From an uncultured Acidobacteriota bacterium (lineage in GTDB: Bacteria; Acidobacteriota; Thermoanaerobaculia; Multivoradales; SZUA-115): a stretch of 64,000 nucleotides of DNA. This document shows positions 54,339 through 64,000 of this stretch, piece after piece (positions within the stretch are counted from its first letter, which is position 1; each line of letters begins with the position of its first letter). Made by a program: the position numbers and the translations under genes. Under the pieces are notes generated by a model that saw only the letters and a list, made by a program, of their open reading frames with translations, was not told where the DNA came from and did not search any database. The stretch is taken from positions 1,088,001 through 1,152,000 of the forward strand of contig CAWDVR010000002.1 in the NCBI GenBank assembly GCA_963805975.1, written 5' to 3'.

Positions 54339-57300
54339 ATGCCTCGGTCCTCCAGCCGAGCGGCGATCGTCTTCCTGATTACGGCTCTGCTCGCCTTTCT
54401 CGCCGGCTACGAGAGAGCTCGACTTCCACCCGCCACTCGCCAAGGCCTGCTGACCGCAACGCCGGCACCGGAACCAAGGCCCGCGGCGCGCTCCCTCCCG
54501 CTCGTCGCCGGCACCGAGATCCCGGCCATCCTGGCCGGCGGCGAGGCCCACGAGTACAGCCTTTCACTGCGAGAAGGCCAGTTCGTGGACCTCGAGGTCG
54601 AGCAGCAGGGCATCGACGTGATCCTCGAGCTCTACCAGCCCGGCGGCGACCTCGAGACCCTCGTGGACAGCCCGAACGATGCCTCGGGACCGGAGCCCCT
54701 GCTGCTGCTGGGCGAGGCGGCGGGCGAGTACCGTCTTTCGATTGCAGCAGGAAACCCGGCAGATCCATCCGGCCGATACATCCTACGTCTCCTCGCCGTG
54801 CACGAGGCCGGGGCCGACGACCGCACCCGGGTCACCGCGGAGCGCATGTTCGCCAAGGGCGAAGGGCTGCGGCGCGCAGGAACCGCCGAATCCCTGACCG
54901 AGGCGATCGATTGGGACCGGCAGGCTCTCCTTCGGTACCGCAGCCTGGAGAGTCGTTCGCGAGAGGCGGATGTTCTCGTTGCGTTGGGAAGGGTCCACTC
55001 ATTTCGCGATGACTGGCAGCAGGCACTCTCGGCATTCGAGCAGGCCCTTCCCATACTGCGAGAGGCCGGGCGAGGCGTGGACGAGGCGGCAACGCTGAAC
55101 AACATTGGCCTGGTCCTCAACAAAACAGAGCAATCCCAACGGGCGCTCGACCTTTTCAGGCAGGCAGAAGCTCTATACCGGCGGTTTGGACACCCCCACC
55201 AAGCCCGCGCCCTGAGCAACATCGGCTGGGCTCACGAGAAGCTCGGCGACCTCGAGGACGCTATTCAGGCTTACCGCGATGCCTATACACAATTTCTCAG
55301 GTTGAGCGACTCGCCTGGCGCTGGAATCTGCATGCTCAACATCGGGGATCTTTACTCCAGACAGGGTCAGACTGAGAGTGCGATCGATGCTTATGAAGAA
55401 GCTCGCGCTCGGCTCGAGAAGTCTCCGGACCGGCGATCACTTGCGCTGACCCAGACGAGGCTCGGGTACGCACGCTACCGGTCCGGCCAGGCCGAACAGG
55501 GCCGAGAGCTCCTGGAGACCGCCCTGGAGATGCAGCGACGCCTGGGTGCACGAAGAGACGAAGCGATCTCTCACAACTCTCTGGCTCTCCTCCTGAGTGA
55601 GGCAGCCGAGACCGAGCTCGCCAAGCTCCACTATCACGAGGCTGCAGCCATCGGCACGGCGCTGGGCGACGAAGCAGAGCGCGCTGTGACTCTCGCCAAC
55701 CTGGGGCATCTCGAGCTCGAGAGCGGCTCCGACGAAGCGGCCGAGGGCACATTCCGAGAGGCGCTGGCGACTTTTGCCCGGGTCGATTCACCCCTGGGCG
55801 AGGCCACCGCTCTCTTTGGGCTGGGGACGCTTCTCGCTCAGCAAGGCAAGCTGAGCGAGGCCGCATCGGTGCTCGAGCGGTGTACTCGCAGAGTCGAGGA
55901 CGTGCGCAACGCGACGGCGAGCTCGGATCTGCGAAGGTCATTCCTGGCGCTCCAGCAGCCAACCTACGGGTTGTACATCGAAACCCTCATGAGGCTCCAC
56001 GCGGCAGATGTGGACGCCGGGTTTGACCTGATGGCCTTCGAGGTCGCCCAACGTGTACGAGCGCGTGGCCTGCTCGACGACCTGCTGGCGTCCCCTGCGG
56101 CGCTGCGGAGAGACGGCCCCCACCCTCTGGTCGAGGAAGAAGCAGCCCTCAGCCAAGCAATCAACAGAACAGCAGAGGAACGTCAGCCCCTGCTCGCCAT
56201 CCCTCGATCTCGACAGAAGGTCGACGACCTCGGCAAAGTACTGAGAGGGCAGCTCGCGGCTGCTGATCATCTGGAAGCAAGGATGCGGAGAAGCAGCACG
56301 GCCTTCCGCGAAACCATCTCGGCACCGGCTCAGACACTCGAAACGATCCAGCAACAGCTTCTCGGCGCGGAAACCATCCTCTTGGAGTACGCTCTCGGCA
56401 ACAACGAGAGCTACCTGTGGGCAGTGACTGACAGCTCGTTGTCGAGCTTCCGGCTGCCGCCGCGCCGAGAGCTCGAGGCGCAGGCAGCGGCACTGTACCG
56501 CGCGCTCTCGCTCGGGCCGCAGCCACTCGCTTCGGGTCAGACCGAGGCCTTGCTGAAAAAACTTTCAGAGACTCTCCTGGGGCCGGTGGCAGAGCTCGTT
56601 GGTGATCGGCGGATTCTGGTAATTCCCGATGGGGACCTTGCACTGCTCCCGTTTGCCGCCCTCCCCAGACCGAGCACAGCCGCCAAGGCTCATCAGAAAG
56701 CGGACTCGGAGCCGATCGCCACCGGGCACGAGGTGACGATACTGCCGTCCGCGTCGTCCCTCGCCTTCTTGCGGCGCAGATCTCGGGCGCGCTCCTCCGC
56801 CCCGGGGCTCCTGGCAGCGATCGGAGATGCGGTTTCCAACCCCGGAGACCTGCGGTTTCCCAGGCGACCTCCCGTCCCCCCCGGCTCACAGCTCATCCAG
56901 TTCCCGCGGTTGCCTTATGCACGAGCAGAGATGGAGCGAATTCTATCTCTCGCGGGTGAGGAGCCGAAGCTCGCGGCGTCAGGATTCGAAGCCAGCAGAA
57001 GCACGCTCATGACCGAGGTCCTGTCCAGATATCGAATCGTTCACTTCGCCACTCACGGTGTCTTTGACCCCGAGTTCCCCGAGCTGTCGGCGATCGTACT
57101 GTCGACCTTCGATGCCAGCGGATCTCCCCGAGATGGTCTGGTTCGAGCCCATGAGCTGCGACGGATGAATTTCAACGCAGAGCTAGTCGTGGTCTCCGCC
57201 TGCGAGACCGCACGCGGGAAGACGGTGCGCGGAGAAGGAGTTGTGGGTCTGGCTCGCAGCCTGCTCTCCGCCGGGGCCCAACAAGCAATGGTCAGCCTCT

Positions 57301-57527
57301 GGGAGGTCGACGACCAGGCGACGGCAAACTTGATGGAAGAGTTCTACCGCGGCTTGCTGGTCGAGCGCCGTAGCGCTGCTGCAGCGCTGCTGGAAGCGCA
57401 GGCAGCCGTCGCCCGCCAGGAGCGGTGGCACTCTCCGTACTTCTGGGCCGGATTCCTATTGATTGGCGACGGGAGTGGTCTCGGCGCTAAACCGCACATT
57501 CCCCCGTCGCATCTGAGACGGAATTAG
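54339..57527 (+). CDS. Exported PPC-like/TPR/CHAT (caspase-HetF) protease
   Basis: N-terminal hydrophobic segment, EQQGIDV PPC-like domain, many TPRs, LLEY, IPDGDL..LPF, HFATHG, VSACETARG, SLWEVDD, PYFWAGF. Confidence 0.92.
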   Translation: MPRSSSRAAIVFLITALLAFLAGYERARLPPATRQGLLTATPAPEPRPAARSLPLVAGTEIPAILAGGEAHEYSLSLREGQFVDLEVEQQGIDVILELYQPGGDLETLVDSPNDASGPEPLLLLGEAAGEYRLSIAAGNPADPSGRYILRLLAVHEAGADDRTRVTAERMFAKGEGLRRAGTAESLTEAIDWDRQALLRYRSLESRSREADVLVALGRVHSFRDDWQQALSAFEQALPILREAGRGVDEAATLNNIGLVLNKTEQSQRALDLFRQAEALYRRFGHPHQARALSNIGWAHEKLGDLEDAIQAYRDAYTQFLRLSDSPGAGICMLNIGDLYSRQGQTESAIDAYEEARARLEKSPDRRSLALTQTRLGYARYRSGQAEQGRELLETALEMQRRLGARRDEAISHNSLALLLSEAAETELAKLHYHEAAAIGTALGDEAERAVTLANLGHLELESGSDEAAEGTFREALATFARVDSPLGEATALFGLGTLLAQQGKLSEAASVLERCTRRVEDVRNATASSDLRRSFLALQQPTYGLYIETLMRLHAADVDAGFDLMAFEVAQRVRARGLLDDLLASPAALRRDGPHPLVEEEAALSQAINRTAEERQPLLAIPRSRQKVDDLGKVLRGQLAAADHLEARMRRSSTAFRETISAPAQTLETIQQQLLGAETILLEYALGNNESYLWAVTDSSLSSFRLPPRRELEAQAAALYRALSLGPQPLASGQTEALLKKLSETLLGPVAELVGDRRILVIPDGDLALLPFAALPRPSTAAKAHQKADSEPIATGHEVTILPSASSLAFLRRRSRARSSAPGLLAAIGDAVSNPGDLRFPRRPPVPPGSQLIQFPRLPYARAEMERILSLAGEEPKLAASGFEASRSTLMTEVLSRYRIVHFATHGVFDPEFPELSAIVLSTFDASGSPRDGLVRAHELRRMNFNAELVVVSACETARGKTVRGEGVVGLARSLLSAGAQQAMVSLWEVDDQATANLMEEFYRGLLVERRSAAAALLEAQAAVARQERWHSPYFWAGFLLIGDGSGLGAKPHIPPSHLRRN

Positions 57528-57562
57528 CACCATCTATTCCTTCTGCTCGCAAAGGAGAGGCG

Positions 57563-57814
57563 ATGAGAACCAGTTCGCATCCGAAAGAAACTGATCAGGG
57601 GACGGCGGAGAAATCTACCAGCGTGACCAGGGTGGACCCGGGCTTTCCTATCGAGCAGGGAGCTGGGGGCCAGGGGTCGGGTGGCGGCACTCCGGCCAAG
57701 CCACCCAATCAATCGGACGGCGAACCCGGTTCGGTCAGCCCCAAGAAGCGCGTCCGAAAGATCAGGCGAGGAGCGGTCCCGAAGAAGGCCAGCCCGACCC
57801 GAAGATCGGCATAA
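57563..57814 (+). CDS. Small low-complexity protein (Gly-rich centre, basic tail)
   Basis: Strong RBS AAGGAGAGG just before the ATG; co-oriented inside the cassette; no recognisable domain. Confidence 0.55.
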   Translation: MRTSSHPKETDQGTAEKSTSVTRVDPGFPIEQGAGGQGSGGGTPAKPPNQSDGEPGSVSPKKRVRKIRRGAVPKKASPTRRSA

Positions 57815-57907
57815 CGTCGGACACCGCTTCCAAGGCTCGCGGCGCGGTCCGGCGGTCGTTTACCCGGCGCCCGCGCCGCCATTGCCATATCCTATGCCGC
57901 CAAGGCC

Positions 57908-59393
57908 ATGACAGATCCTTGCTCGGTGTTCAACGGCATTCATGCCACGACGGGCCGCACCTTGTATCCGGCGCATCCGGTGAGGAGCCTGATTCACCTC
58001 GCAGAGCGGGAGAGGGGCTCGCCGATGCAGACCGGCCCTCTTGCCCCTCCTCGGGCTCGCGCGTCCTCGTGCGCAGGGGCTCCCCGCGGCCCTGCTCTCC
58101 GACTGCGACTTCAGGGACCCGGCCGAGGCCGGCTGGGGGGTGATCTTTTCCGCCCAGGCCGATCCCAAGGTTCGAGCGGCCCTCGCTCCATTGCTCGACC
58201 ATCGCAAGGAACAGGTGACGCGTTCCAACGAGCGCCGATACCACGAGTTCTCGGGTGAGCTGGGCTACCAGAAGGGCGATACCAAAGCCAGGTTCCTCCA
58301 TCGCCAGTGCGTGGGGCCCGGCGAGTTCGACGCCCTGCGCGTGCCCTACTACCTGCTCCTGGTGGGCGGACCGGAAGAGATCTCTTTCGGTTTTCAGGAC
58401 AAGCTCGATCCCCGGTACGCCGTCGGCCGGCTCTGTTTCGATCGGGTGGAGGACTACGCGCGCTACGCGGCCCACGTGGTCGCCACCGAGCAGGCGGCGA
58501 AGCTGCGCCCGTTACGCGCCACGGTCTTCGGGGTCGCCAACGCGGACGACCGCGCCATGGAGCTGACGTGCGAGTACCTGGCCAAGAGGGTCGCCACCAA
58601 TCTCGCAGCCAAGGCCCAGGGCTTTGCAGTCGAGAAGGTGCTCGGGGTGGCCGCCACCAAGGACCGCCTGCGGCGCCTGCTGGGCGGCGATCAGACTCCC
58701 GACCTGCTCTTCACCACCTGCCACGGAATGGGTTTCGACGCCGGTGATCCGCGCCAGGAGATCGAGCAGGGCGGCCTCGTTTGCGCGGACTGGCCCGGTC
58801 CCTTGGCCTGGCAGAAGCCGCTCGACGCCAGGCACTACTTCACGGCGCGAGACGTGGGCGACGAGGCCCGCCTGGGTGGCTTGATCACCTTCCACTTCGC
58901 CTGCCACAGCGCCGGCACCCCGGATCACGACGCCTACGGCGAGCGCACGAACCAGAATCCCCGCCGCCTGGCGACCCGGCCCATGGTCGCCGGCTTGTGC
59001 AAGCGTCTTCTCGCTCACCCCGGCGGCGGCGCGCTGGCGGTGGTCGGCCACGTCGAGCGAACCTGGGGATACTCCTTCCTGTGGCAGGGCATCGGGCCGA
59101 CTACGCAGGCCTTCGAGCGGACTCTCGAGAGCCTGCTCGCCGGCAACCCGGTCGGTTTCGCCATGGAGCCCTTCGCGGCCCGTGCTCACGACCTCGGCGA
59201 GGATCTGCGCGAGGAGGGAGACCCGGAGCGGGCGGCCATGCTGTGGACCGCGCTCCAGGACGCCCACAACTACATCATCCTGGGCGATCCGGCGGTGCGC
59301 CTGCCGGCACCGAAGCCGCCTCGGCTCCGGCCGCCCCCGGGGCCGTCGTCGCCGCTCTCGCGCCGGAAGCTCCAGTTCGGAGAAGCCGGTTGA
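57908..59393 (+). CDS. Clan CD cysteine peptidase (C25 gingipain-like), apparent +1 frameshift near 58040-58100
   Basis: N-terminal VFNGIHATTG in one frame; GWGVIF, VPYYLLLVG, AVGRL, FTTCHG, FACHSAG, VGHVER and ILGDPAVRL in the next. Confidence 0.75.
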
Positions 59394-59400
59394 CGACTGG

Positions 59401-60798
59401 CTACTGCAGATAGCCCAGCGCCCGCAGCCGGTCCTCCGCCTCCTTGCCCAGCAGCAGGCTCTTCTCCGAGGCCGCCGAGCCTTCGATCCTCACCAGCCGC
59501 TCGTAGAGCGCTCTCTGGAGACGCTCGAGCTCTGCGGGATGCCGAGCAGACAAGTCTTCGAGCTCGCCGGGGTCCGCGGCGAGGTCGAACAGGGCGAAGG
59601 TGCGGCGCGCCATGTCGTAGAGCAGCTTCGAGCGCCCGTCGGTGACGCTCCGCCACTCGCCCTGCGAGCTGAAAGCGAGCCGCGGAGCGTCCTCACCGGG
59701 CGGGGCCTGGGAGCCGAGCCAGGGACGCAGGCTCTCGCCCGCGGGCGCCCAACCGCCCGACGCGCGGGCATCGAGCCCCGCCAGGTCGAGCAGCGTGGGT
59801 GCAAGATCGAGGTTCGAGACGGCCCCCTGCACGCGCCTGCCGGCCGCGCCGTGTGGAGTCCGGATCAGCAACGGCGTCCGGACCTGGGTGTCGAACGGCG
59901 CATGGCAGTGCTTCACATCGCCATGCTCGAGGAAGGCCTCGCCATGGTCGGACGCCAGGACGAGGACCGTGCCGCCCGCCGACCGGGAGCTCTCGAGCGC
60001 CGCCAGCAGGCGCGGCAGCTCGCTGTCGAAGTAGGCGATCTCCTCGTCGTAGAGGTCGACCAGGTGCTGTAGCTGGTCGGCGCTCACCGGCGACGGCTGG
60101 CCGTGCTTGTAGAGGGCGTCGGCGATCGGGTTGGGGTCGCCGGCGAGCACGAAATCCGGCGCCTCGATGGGCAGCGCCCAGCGCCTGGGGTGCCGCTCCG
60201 GAGGCCGGTAGGGCCCGTGGGGCTCCATGAAGTGGAGGTAGAGGAAGTAGGGCGGCCCGAGGCCGGGCAACAGCGCTTCGAGGCGGCCGTTCACGCAGTC
60301 GGCCGACTGCCACAGGCACTGCTCGTCGAAGATCTCGAAGCCGCGGTCGAACCCCCCAGCCGGGTTGAAGCGGGTGGGAGACTTGCGCACCACGGGGCTC
60401 GCGGACACGGCGGCGGTCGTGTAGCCCGCGTCACGAAGCACCTCCGCCAGCGACGGAACGGTCTCCGGGATGCCCAACCGCCCACCCTCCTGCCCCAGGA
60501 ACACCAGGGGATCGCGTGAGGTGAGGAGGGAGTTGACGGAAGGAAACGTGCAGCTCGCCTGGGCGCGCGCCTGCTCGAAGAGCACCGCCTGCCGGGCGAG
60601 CGCATCGAAGTTCGGGCTGGTCTCTCGAGCGTAGCCGTAGGCGCTCAGGTGATCGGCGCGCAGCGTGTCGACCACCACCAGCACCAGGTTGGGCTTGGGC
60701 GCGGGAGAGGCGGGAGAAGGTGAGGGCGGCTCCCCGCCGCAACCCATCCAGGCGGCACCGGCGAGCCACCAGGAGAGCGAGCGCGCGAAACGCCGCAT
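59401..60798 (-). CDS. Sulfatase/alkaline-phosphatase-superfamily lipoprotein
   Basis: PNLVLVVVDTLRADHL, CTFPS, HFMEPHGPY, YDEEI, ASDHGE, LRALGY. Confidence 0.88.
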   Translation of the reverse strand: MRRFARSLSWWLAGAAWMGCGGEPPSPSPASPAPKPNLVLVVVDTLRADHLSAYGYARETSPNFDALARQAVLFEQARAQASCTFPSVNSLLTSRDPLVFLGQEGGRLGIPETVPSLAEVLRDAGYTTAAVSASPVVRKSPTRFNPAGGFDRGFEIFDEQCLWQSADCVNGRLEALLPGLGPPYFLYLHFMEPHGPYRPPERHPRRWALPIEAPDFVLAGDPNPIADALYKHGQPSPVSADQLQHLVDLYDEEIAYFDSELPRLLAALESSRSAGGTVLVLASDHGEAFLEHGDVKHCHAPFDTQVRTPLLIRTPHGAAGRRVQGAVSNLDLAPTLLDLAGLDARASGGWAPAGESLRPWLGSQAPPGEDAPRLAFSSQGEWRSVTDGRSKLLYDMARRTFALFDLAADPGELEDLSARHPAELERLQRALYERLVRIEGSAASEKSLLLGKEAEDRLRALGYLQ

Positions 60799-60815
60799 CT
60801 CCTACCCGCCTCTCT

Positions 60816-61439
60816 CTACCCAGGGAGATGGACGAGAAGCTCGCGCCGCAGCAGGTCGGAGAGCTCGGCCAGGAGCTCGGGCCGCGGCGCGCCCTTCGCC
60901 GCCTCGACGATCAGGACATGCGGCATCTCGGGCGAGTCGCCGTAGGTCTCGTGGCGCTCGAGGCCGCGGAAGAAGTCGTGTTGGCTCTCGCCGTAGCGGC
61001 ACCAGGCGAGGTCCCTGAACCCGCAGGCCTCGAGGGCCCGGGCCAGCATCTCGCGGTTCCACACGAACTGGTGCCCCCAGGCACGGAAGGCGCGGTTCAT
61101 GCGGATCGCCATCTGCCGCTTCTCGTCCGGGTCGGCCTCCAGCCGGTAGTGCGTGAGCCACACCCAGTCGAGGTTCGGGGTCGAGAGGCGGATCCAGCCG
61201 CCGTCCGCGAGCACGCGGTGGGACTCGAGCAGGAAGGCGAGCGCCTTGTCCACCTCCAGGTGCTCGAGGAAGTGCTCGGCGAAGACCGCCTCGACGTTCT
61301 TGAACTTGAGGCCCCGGGTGACGTCGGCCACCACGTCCACGCCCGGCAGACGCTTCAGATCGACGTTGACCCAACCCTCGAGCCGCTTGTCCCCGGCCCC
61401 CACGTGGAGCTTCACCGGCTTGCCGCTGAACCAGCTCAT
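60816..61439 (-). CDS. Class I SAM-dependent methyltransferase-like protein
   Basis: KLHVGAG, GWVNVD, HFLEHL, HRVLADGG..RLSTP. Confidence 0.82.
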   Translation of the reverse strand: MSWFSGKPVKLHVGAGDKRLEGWVNVDLKRLPGVDVVADVTRGLKFKNVEAVFAEHFLEHLEVDKALAFLLESHRVLADGGWIRLSTPNLDWVWLTHYRLEADPDEKRQMAIRMNRAFRAWGHQFVWNREMLARALEACGFRDLAWCRYGESQHDFFRGLERHETYGDSPEMPHVLIVEAAKGAPRPELLAELSDLLRRELLVHLPG

Positions 61440-61447
61440 GGCCGGCA

Positions 61448-61476
61448 ACGATCCCCGTTCAAACCATAGATGTCAA
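61448..61476 (-). promoter_or_regulatory. Sigma70 promoter, probably leaderless
   Basis: Minus strand TTGACA-17 bp-GATCGT, 8 nt before the ATG. Confidence 0.6.
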
Positions 61477-61509
61477 GCCGGGCTCGTGGTCGTGATGTGC
61501 TCGGGCTCA

Positions 61510-61605
61510 CAGCCGGATGGATTCCCGCTTGCGCGGGAATGACCGCGACGAGAGCAGAGGCATCATAGGCTGTCGTTCCCGCGCAAGCGGGAATCCATCC
61601 GGCTG
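61510..61605. repeat. 34-bp inverted repeat made of REP-like ATTCCC-N-GGGAAT palindromes
   Basis: CAGCCGGATGGATTCCCGCTTGCGCGGGAATGAC ... GTCGTTCCCGCGCAAGCGGGAATCCATCCGGCTG (1 mismatch). Confidence 0.88.
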
Positions 61606-61633
61606 CCCTCGCAGAAGGTCCATCGCCCTCTAA

Positions 61634-62986
<1,353 letters not shown>

Positions 62987-62996
62987 GAGACCGGCA

Positions 62997-63374
62997 ATGC
63001 AGGCCAGTACCATCGCCGATCCGCGGCCCTTCCGGTCCCTCCTGACGGTGGCCGTGGCCGCTCTGCTCCTGCTGCTCGTCGCCTTCGGCGCCAAGGGCTA
63101 CCAGGACCTCAAGAGCGCGCAGGCGCGGGAGCTCGAGCTCGAAGCCCGCATCGCCGAAAAAGAGGCGCGGATCGCCGAGCTCGAGCAGCGGGTCCACCGG
63201 CTGGGGGGCGACCCCGCGACCCTCGAGCGGCTGGCCCGCGAGGAGCTGTGGATGGCGCGGCCTGCCGACGTGGTGATCGTGCTGCCTCCCGAGCCCGGCG
63301 ATGCGCCCCCTCTCGCGACCCGCGCGCTCCGCCGCTCGGCCCCCGCGAGCCTACCGGCCCGTCCCAGCCTCTGA
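62997..63374 (+). CDS. ftsB: Septum formation initiator (FtsB/DivIC)
   Basis: Single TM, coiled coil, LERLAREELWMARP; classic position after eno. Confidence 0.85.
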   Translation: MQASTIADPRPFRSLLTVAVAALLLLLVAFGAKGYQDLKSAQARELELEARIAEKEARIAELEQRVHRLGGDPATLERLAREELWMARPADVVIVLPPEPGDAPPLATRALRRSAPASLPARPSL

Positions 63375-63456
63375 GCTCCAGCGGCCGGCCGAGACTGAGC
63401 CCGGCCGCTGCCTTCGCAGGCCGCATTTCCTTTCTACAAAAATACAGGCAACGCTC

Positions 63457-63485
63457 TTGACACTCTGGCAGTGGTGCTATATACA
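63457..63485 (+). promoter_or_regulatory. Sigma70 promoter in the ftsB-moaA intergenic region
   Basis: TTGACA-17 bp-TATACA preceded by an A/T-rich UP-like tract. Confidence 0.6.
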
Positions 63486-63829
63486 GATATTGAAAAGCGA
63501 CATTCCCGCTGGCGGCCCGTTACCAGGACGGTCGTGGCCCGGTTCCGCCGGCAAAGGCAGAGACACAGAGCACAGGCAAATGCACCATCTCAGGGACACA
63601 GCCGCTCCACCCAGCGCCGGCCTGGCCGGTGCCCCATCGTTCGCGGACCCCCTACGCGGCCTCACGGCCGCGTCACTCGGATCGGCCGGCTGCGGCGTCC
63701 AGCCGCAGGGCGGCTAGCCGAGCCCACCTGCGCTGTGGCGGGCACGTCCCACCTGCCACAGCGCACTCCCCCTCCTCACCGACGGAAAGTTCAAGCCGGC
63801 GGCAAAAGGCCGCGCGCTATGATCGATCG

Positions 63830-64000
63830 GTGCCGGATGTCACGGACCGCCTGCGACGGCCGCTCCACGATCTGCGGATCTCGGTCACCGACCGCTGCAA
63901 CTTCCGCTGCCCGTACTGCATGCCGCGAGAGGTCTTCGGCCCCGGATTCGAGTTCCTGCGCCGTGCCGAGCTCCTGACCTACGAAGAGATCCATCGCCTC
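63830..64000 (+). CDS. moaA: GTP 3',8-cyclase MoaA, N-terminus (truncated by window edge)
   Basis: [29 protein letters not shown]...LLTYEEI, radical-SAM CxxxCxxC motif. Confidence 0.93.
   Translation, partial: MPDVTDRLRRPLHDLRISVTDRCNFRCPYCMPREVFGPGFEFLRRAELLTYEEIHRL

Noticed and set aside
63569-63640. GCACAGGCAAA resembling the start of a c-di-GMP-I riboswitch
   Set aside because: No GNRA-capped P2 stem or downstream consensus is visible
63580-63717. Small ORF ending in GG as a MoaD/ThiS sulfur carrier
   Set aside because: Too short and low-complexity for a beta-grasp fold; weak RBS

Overview
GC-rich bacterial chromosomal segment, most likely Acidobacteriota. This is inferred from the PadR + duplicated orphan ABC-permease pair and the ACIII-caa3 operon layout; Thermoanaerobaculia-like is a guess. 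From left to right: end of hemH and a frameshifted hemG/hemY; an acyl-CoA dehydrogenase + phosphotransferase pair; an orphan histidine kinase, membrane proteins, an MFS transporter and a hydrolase; a BrnT/HTH toxin-antitoxin module; a large cytochrome P460-multiheme fusion; a complete alternative complex III (actA-G) + SCO + caa3 oxidase operon; PadR/ADOP permease/OsmC; a thiolase-lptD-NDP-sugar operon; ruvX-mltG; a pseudokinase-TonB fusion; a lower-GC Cys-rich secreted protein; a CsgG-family protein; kynA-kynU-aryl-CoA ligase; a PPC-trypsin protease; tRNA-fMet; an ECF sigma/anti-sigma/TPR-CHAT/small ORF/clan-CD peptidase cassette; a sulfatase-like protein and a methyltransferase; eno-ftsB; and the start of moaA. 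The best candidate for an undescribed system is the CRISPR-independent protease-sigma cassette (52865-59393), followed by the P460-pentaheme fusion and the pseudokinase-TonB protein. Four +1 frameshifts in three genes are probably assembly errors. All calls come from reading motifs by eye; no database searches were run.
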